Source: the human T2T-CHM13v2.0 reference genome, Homo sapiens
Assembly (NCBI RefSeq): GCF_009914755.1
Contig: NC_060931.1
Length of the DNA: 64,000 nt
Direction: 5' to 3' (one strand)
A program made the position numbers and the translations under genes. The notes under the pieces are model-generated. The model was given only the letters and a program-made list of their open reading frames with translations, ran no database searches and had not been told where the DNA came from. Positions 60,178 through 64,000 of this stretch are shown one piece after another (positions within the stretch are counted from its first letter, which is position 1; each line of letters opens with the position of its first letter).

Positions 60178-60346
60178 GTATTTCTTTGATACACAAGTTT
60201 CTTTCCTTTGGATAAATACCTAGTAGTAGTGGCATTGGTGGGTGGTATGGTAGTTCTGACCATTACACCTTCTATGCATGTAACAAAATATCACTAGGAC
60301 TCCATATGTATTTGCAAATATTATGTATCCATAAAAAATAAAATTG
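60178..60346. mobile_element. short L1MA-type insertion with 5-prime inversion
   Basis: antisense ORF2-end piece joined to a sense 3-prime end. Confidence 0.6.
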
Positions 60347-60383
60347 GAATTCACAGTTCTAAAATCAAACAGGAGGACACTAG

Positions 60384-60716
<333 letters not shown>

Positions 60717-60739
60717 TAGGAATATTAATTTTTTACATA

Positions 60740-61075
60740 TAATTTTATGTTTTAATTAACAAATAATAATTGTATATATGTATGGGGTACATAGAGATGT
60801 TTCAATACATGCAATATGTAGTAATCAAATCAGGGTAGTTAGCGTGTCTATCATCTCAAACATTTGTCATTTCTTTGTGTTGTACTGGTACATGCAATAT
60901 TTTCCTTCCAGCTATTTGAGACTATATATTATTGTTCCCTGTAGTCATCTTCCAGTGCTATAGAACACTAGAACTTATTCTTCCCATCTGTTAGGTTGGT
61001 GGCAAAGTAATTGCCATTGAAAGTAATGGCAAAACCGCAGTTACTTTTGCAGCAACCTAATAGTTGTAATTTCAA
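60740..61075 (-). mobile_element. L1MA 3-prime end containing MADE1
   Basis: aataattgtatatatgtatggggtaca...tagaacactagaacttattc. Confidence 0.85.
60991..61060. mobile_element. MADE1 (Hsmar1-derived MITE) with small internal deletion
   Basis: ttaggttggtggcaaagtaa...ttacttttgcagcaacctaa-TA. Confidence 0.9.
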
Positions 61076-61101
61076 AGGAAGGATTTTTAAAAGCACATTC
61101 A

Positions 61102-61412
61102 GGCCAGGTGCAGAGGCTCACGCCTATAATCCCAGCGTTTTGGGAGGCTGAGGTGGGACGATCGCTTGAGGCCAGGAGTTCCAGGCCAGCCTGGACAACA
61201 TAGTGAGACCCCATATTTACAAAACAACTAAAAATTAGCTGGGCATAGTGGTGCACACCTGTACTCCCAGTTACTTGGAAGCTGAGGCAAGAGGATCACT
61301 GGAGCCCAGGAGGTCGAGGCTGCAGTGAGCCATGATTACACCACAGCACTCCAGCCAGGATGACAAGAGTAAAACCCTGTCTCTAAATAAATAAATAAGT
61401 AAATAAAATAAA
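61102..61412 (+). mobile_element. AluJ
   Basis: dimer; aaa(a/g)gcacattca TSD. Confidence 0.93.
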
Positions 61413-61779
61413 AGGCACATTCAACGCACCAAAAAGTCTACTGTTAAGCCTTCAGCCTGCTTCATCCCTCCCTTGTCTTGACATACAGTTTTGAGCCTGA
61501 AGTTATTTGGCAATTTATTTTTTTATATACAATGAAAATTAAATTCAGCTAAAATGAGGAAAACACTTGGTATGTATCTATACAATCTAGGTGATTTCTG
61601 ATTTCTGGAGAAAACCTTGTCACAGGTCCAGAATAATTAGGAGATAGTTCTGCTGGAACAGCTGCCTGGCAGTCAGCACTCACCCTGGGTCCGCCTTTGA
61701 CCCCTTGAGTTTGAATTTTTTTGGCCAGCCTTGGCACACTAAGAAAATTAAACCTGCCTGTGTCTATAGACGCCACTGG

Positions 61780-62620
61780 GCCCTGAGCCAATGCGTTGGT
61801 TAATCTTCGAGCCGTGTCCCTTTAATGCAGCATGAATTTGCATCTTCTGATTACCTGTTTATTACCTGTCAGGTAAAAGAGTGATCTAGAACACTGCACA
61901 CTTGCCCAGAGTTGGGAAGGAACTGGGAGGTGTTTGCATGCAGGATGAAGAAGGAAGCTCCTCTCTCAAATGATAAGCCTAATTGTTTTAAGCAGGAGGA
62001 TTTCAAGTTCCCCACGCCTCAGATCAGCATGCAGCTCACAGGCTTTGTTAAGCTTGTGTGACAGAATAATCTCCTTTGTTCAATGCCCGAGGAGGATATT
62101 TTCTGCATTATTAGACAAGTCAATGAAGATAAAACAAAATATTAAGTATTTTAAGCTGCGCCAGTCCACCCTGAAGAAATTAAGCCCCCTCATTCTAATT
62201 GTGCCTAGTTTCCTTGCCGTAATGAGATGGAGGCTGAGCTGCTGGAATGAGGGGCTTCCTGCAGGCCTGCATGCCCCCCAGTCATTGGAGTGAACCTCTC
62301 CTTTCCTCTGCTTAGTTTCTTTCCCTGGGGGAATTTGTAGAGCCAGAGACCTGGTCTCCAGGCGAGGCAAGAAATAAACGCAACCTCCACCGTAAGCGTG
62401 TGACATTGATCAGCATATTTTTAAAAAGGTTTCCATGTCTGTTGCAATTACGTGAAACCAGCTAATCCTGGATCTAAGCTTTGGCAGCTTGGAAATATTA
62501 GAGCAATTTGGCATCCAGATTCCATCATGCAAAGATTTGTGGTCTTGTGTTTGTATCTGTGACACTGTATAATTTCCAATTGGCTTTTAAGAGACAGAAA
62601 CCTGGATGCCATTGGCTAAA
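61780..62620. promoter_or_regulatory. candidate developmental enhancer
   Basis: repeat-free; octamer, SOX, MEIS, GATA and homeobox-like motifs clustered. Confidence 0.35.
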
Positions 62621-63049
62621 CAGTGAGAGCATTTGCCTGCCTTTCTGCCTCCTTGGAAGCTAGAGCAGTCATTAAAAACTAGAGAAGTGAGCACACGCAG
62701 CACCCCCCGGCCCATGGGTGGTTAGCAGACTCTCGGGGTGTTACTGGAGCTGCTATCATTGTGGGTGTAGGAGATGATTGCAGGTCCTCGCCGGCACCAG
62801 CTCTGAGGAACCCAGGTGCTCCAAGTCCCCAGCCTTCATGCCCGGGCTGTGGGGGCCAAAGGGACCCTGGAGGGCGTTTTACTATCTCCCTGCTTCACTT
62901 CCCTCCAGAAAACTGTGTTCCTTCCCCAGTGACAGACTTCACACCCAGGAGCTCCCTGGTTGTGGGGCCGCTGGTTTTGCAGTTTGCTTAGAGTCTTTTG
63001 CCAGGTTCTGGAGCTTCAGAAGTTCCCAGGAAGGTACCCTGGACACGTT

Positions 63050-63125
63050 CTTGTGCGTGCGCTTGTGTGCATGTGTCTGTGTGTGTATGCGTGTGCATGC
63101 CCGTTCCCGTGTGTCTGCGTACATA
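63050..63125. repeat. degenerate (TG/CG)n tract
   Basis: direct reading. Confidence 0.8.
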
Positions 63126-63169
63126 CAGCCTCTCACCTGCTTTCTCTTCCAGCCACTCCACCATAAAAA

Positions 63170-63561
63170 CAGTTTCCGACTTAAAAATTGTTTGCCTTAC
63201 GATGGTTCGACTTAACGATTTTCCCACTTTGCAAGGGTGTGAAAGCAATACACATTCAGTAGAATCCGTACTTCGAGTACCCATCCAACCATTTCTGTTT
63301 TTCGCTTTCAATACAGTATTCAATAAATTACATGAGATATGCAACACTTTATTATAAAATAGTCTGTGTTAGATGATTTTCCCCGACAGCCGGCTAATGT
63401 AAGTGTTCTGAGCACATGTAATATAGCCTAGGCTAAGCTGTGATATTCTGGAGATTAAGTACAGGAAGTGCATTTTCCACTTAGGTGTTCCAAGTCCCCA
63501 CCCTTCAGCTTAGGATGGGTGTATGGGGATGTAACCCCAAGCATAAGTGGAGGAGTGTCTG
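63170..63561 (-). mobile_element. MER47A-like (Tigger family) DNA transposon
   Basis: cttacgatggttcgactt...cagtagaatccgtacttcgagtacccat...gaggagtgtctg-TA. Confidence 0.75.
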
Positions 63562-63629
63562 TATACTCAAGCTAACCCCTATCTCTGTTAATACTTGTGC
63601 TCAGCCCCATTCTGGGTATTTATAATTTG

Positions 63630-63790
63630 CTATCTCATTTAATCCTCACAAGTATGTTGACCAAGTGGGTATAATTATCTCTGTTGTGTAGCTAGGGAAA
63701 CACTTGGCTTTCCTGAGCCTTAAACTTGCCCGTAGTCACATAGCTCATAAGTTTGTCACAGGAGCTAGGATTCAAACTAGAGCCTGTATC
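63630..63790 (-). mobile_element. MIR
   Basis: tctcatttaatcctcacaa...aacttgcccgtagtcacatagct...ggattcaaac. Confidence 0.75.
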
Positions 63791-64000
63791 TTTTTTGGGA
63801 TGCTCCCAAAGAGCCTGAGGCTAGGATCTGGGCATGCAATTCCTTTGGGAGCTGATCCCAGAAAGCACTGTCAGGGGAAGGGAGGCAGGACATGGGAACA
63901 GAGAGATGGAGGCTTAATTGGGTCACTGCTATGGGCAGCTGGGGTTCAACCTGCCGGAGATCCCCAGAGAAACGGGATGCAGCATCCTTCAACACTGCCC

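Overview
Primate (human-like) non-coding genomic DNA dominated by interspersed repeats; I see no intact protein-coding gene, RNA gene or CRISPR array. It holds roughly 50 Alu copies or fragments, old L1/L2/MIR fragments, DNA-transposon relics (Tigger3, Tigger4, MER47, MER1, MER5, MER20, MADE1), MaLR LTRs (THE1/MST/MLT1) and a dense, partly nested cluster of ERV1 solo LTRs at about 8.6-28.6 kb (MER4, four MER41, MER57, LTR1, MER31-like). Almost all long ORFs in the supplied track are Alu- or LTR-derived. Best leads: (1) a decayed, Alu-interrupted, apparently intronless minus-strand remnant at about 33.8-35.2 kb whose fragments are colinear with Mab-21/cGAS-like (MAB21L3-like) proteins; (2) two MER41B-type LTRs with intact tandem GAS (STAT) sites; (3) a 52-bp-stem hairpin with a second inverted copy at 58.6-58.9 kb; (4) several short local direct duplications; (5) a repeat-free, motif-rich candidate enhancer at 61.5-62.7 kb. 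Repeat family names and the protein comparison come from recalled consensus sequences judged by eye, not from searches. Boundaries without a cited TSD are approximate.
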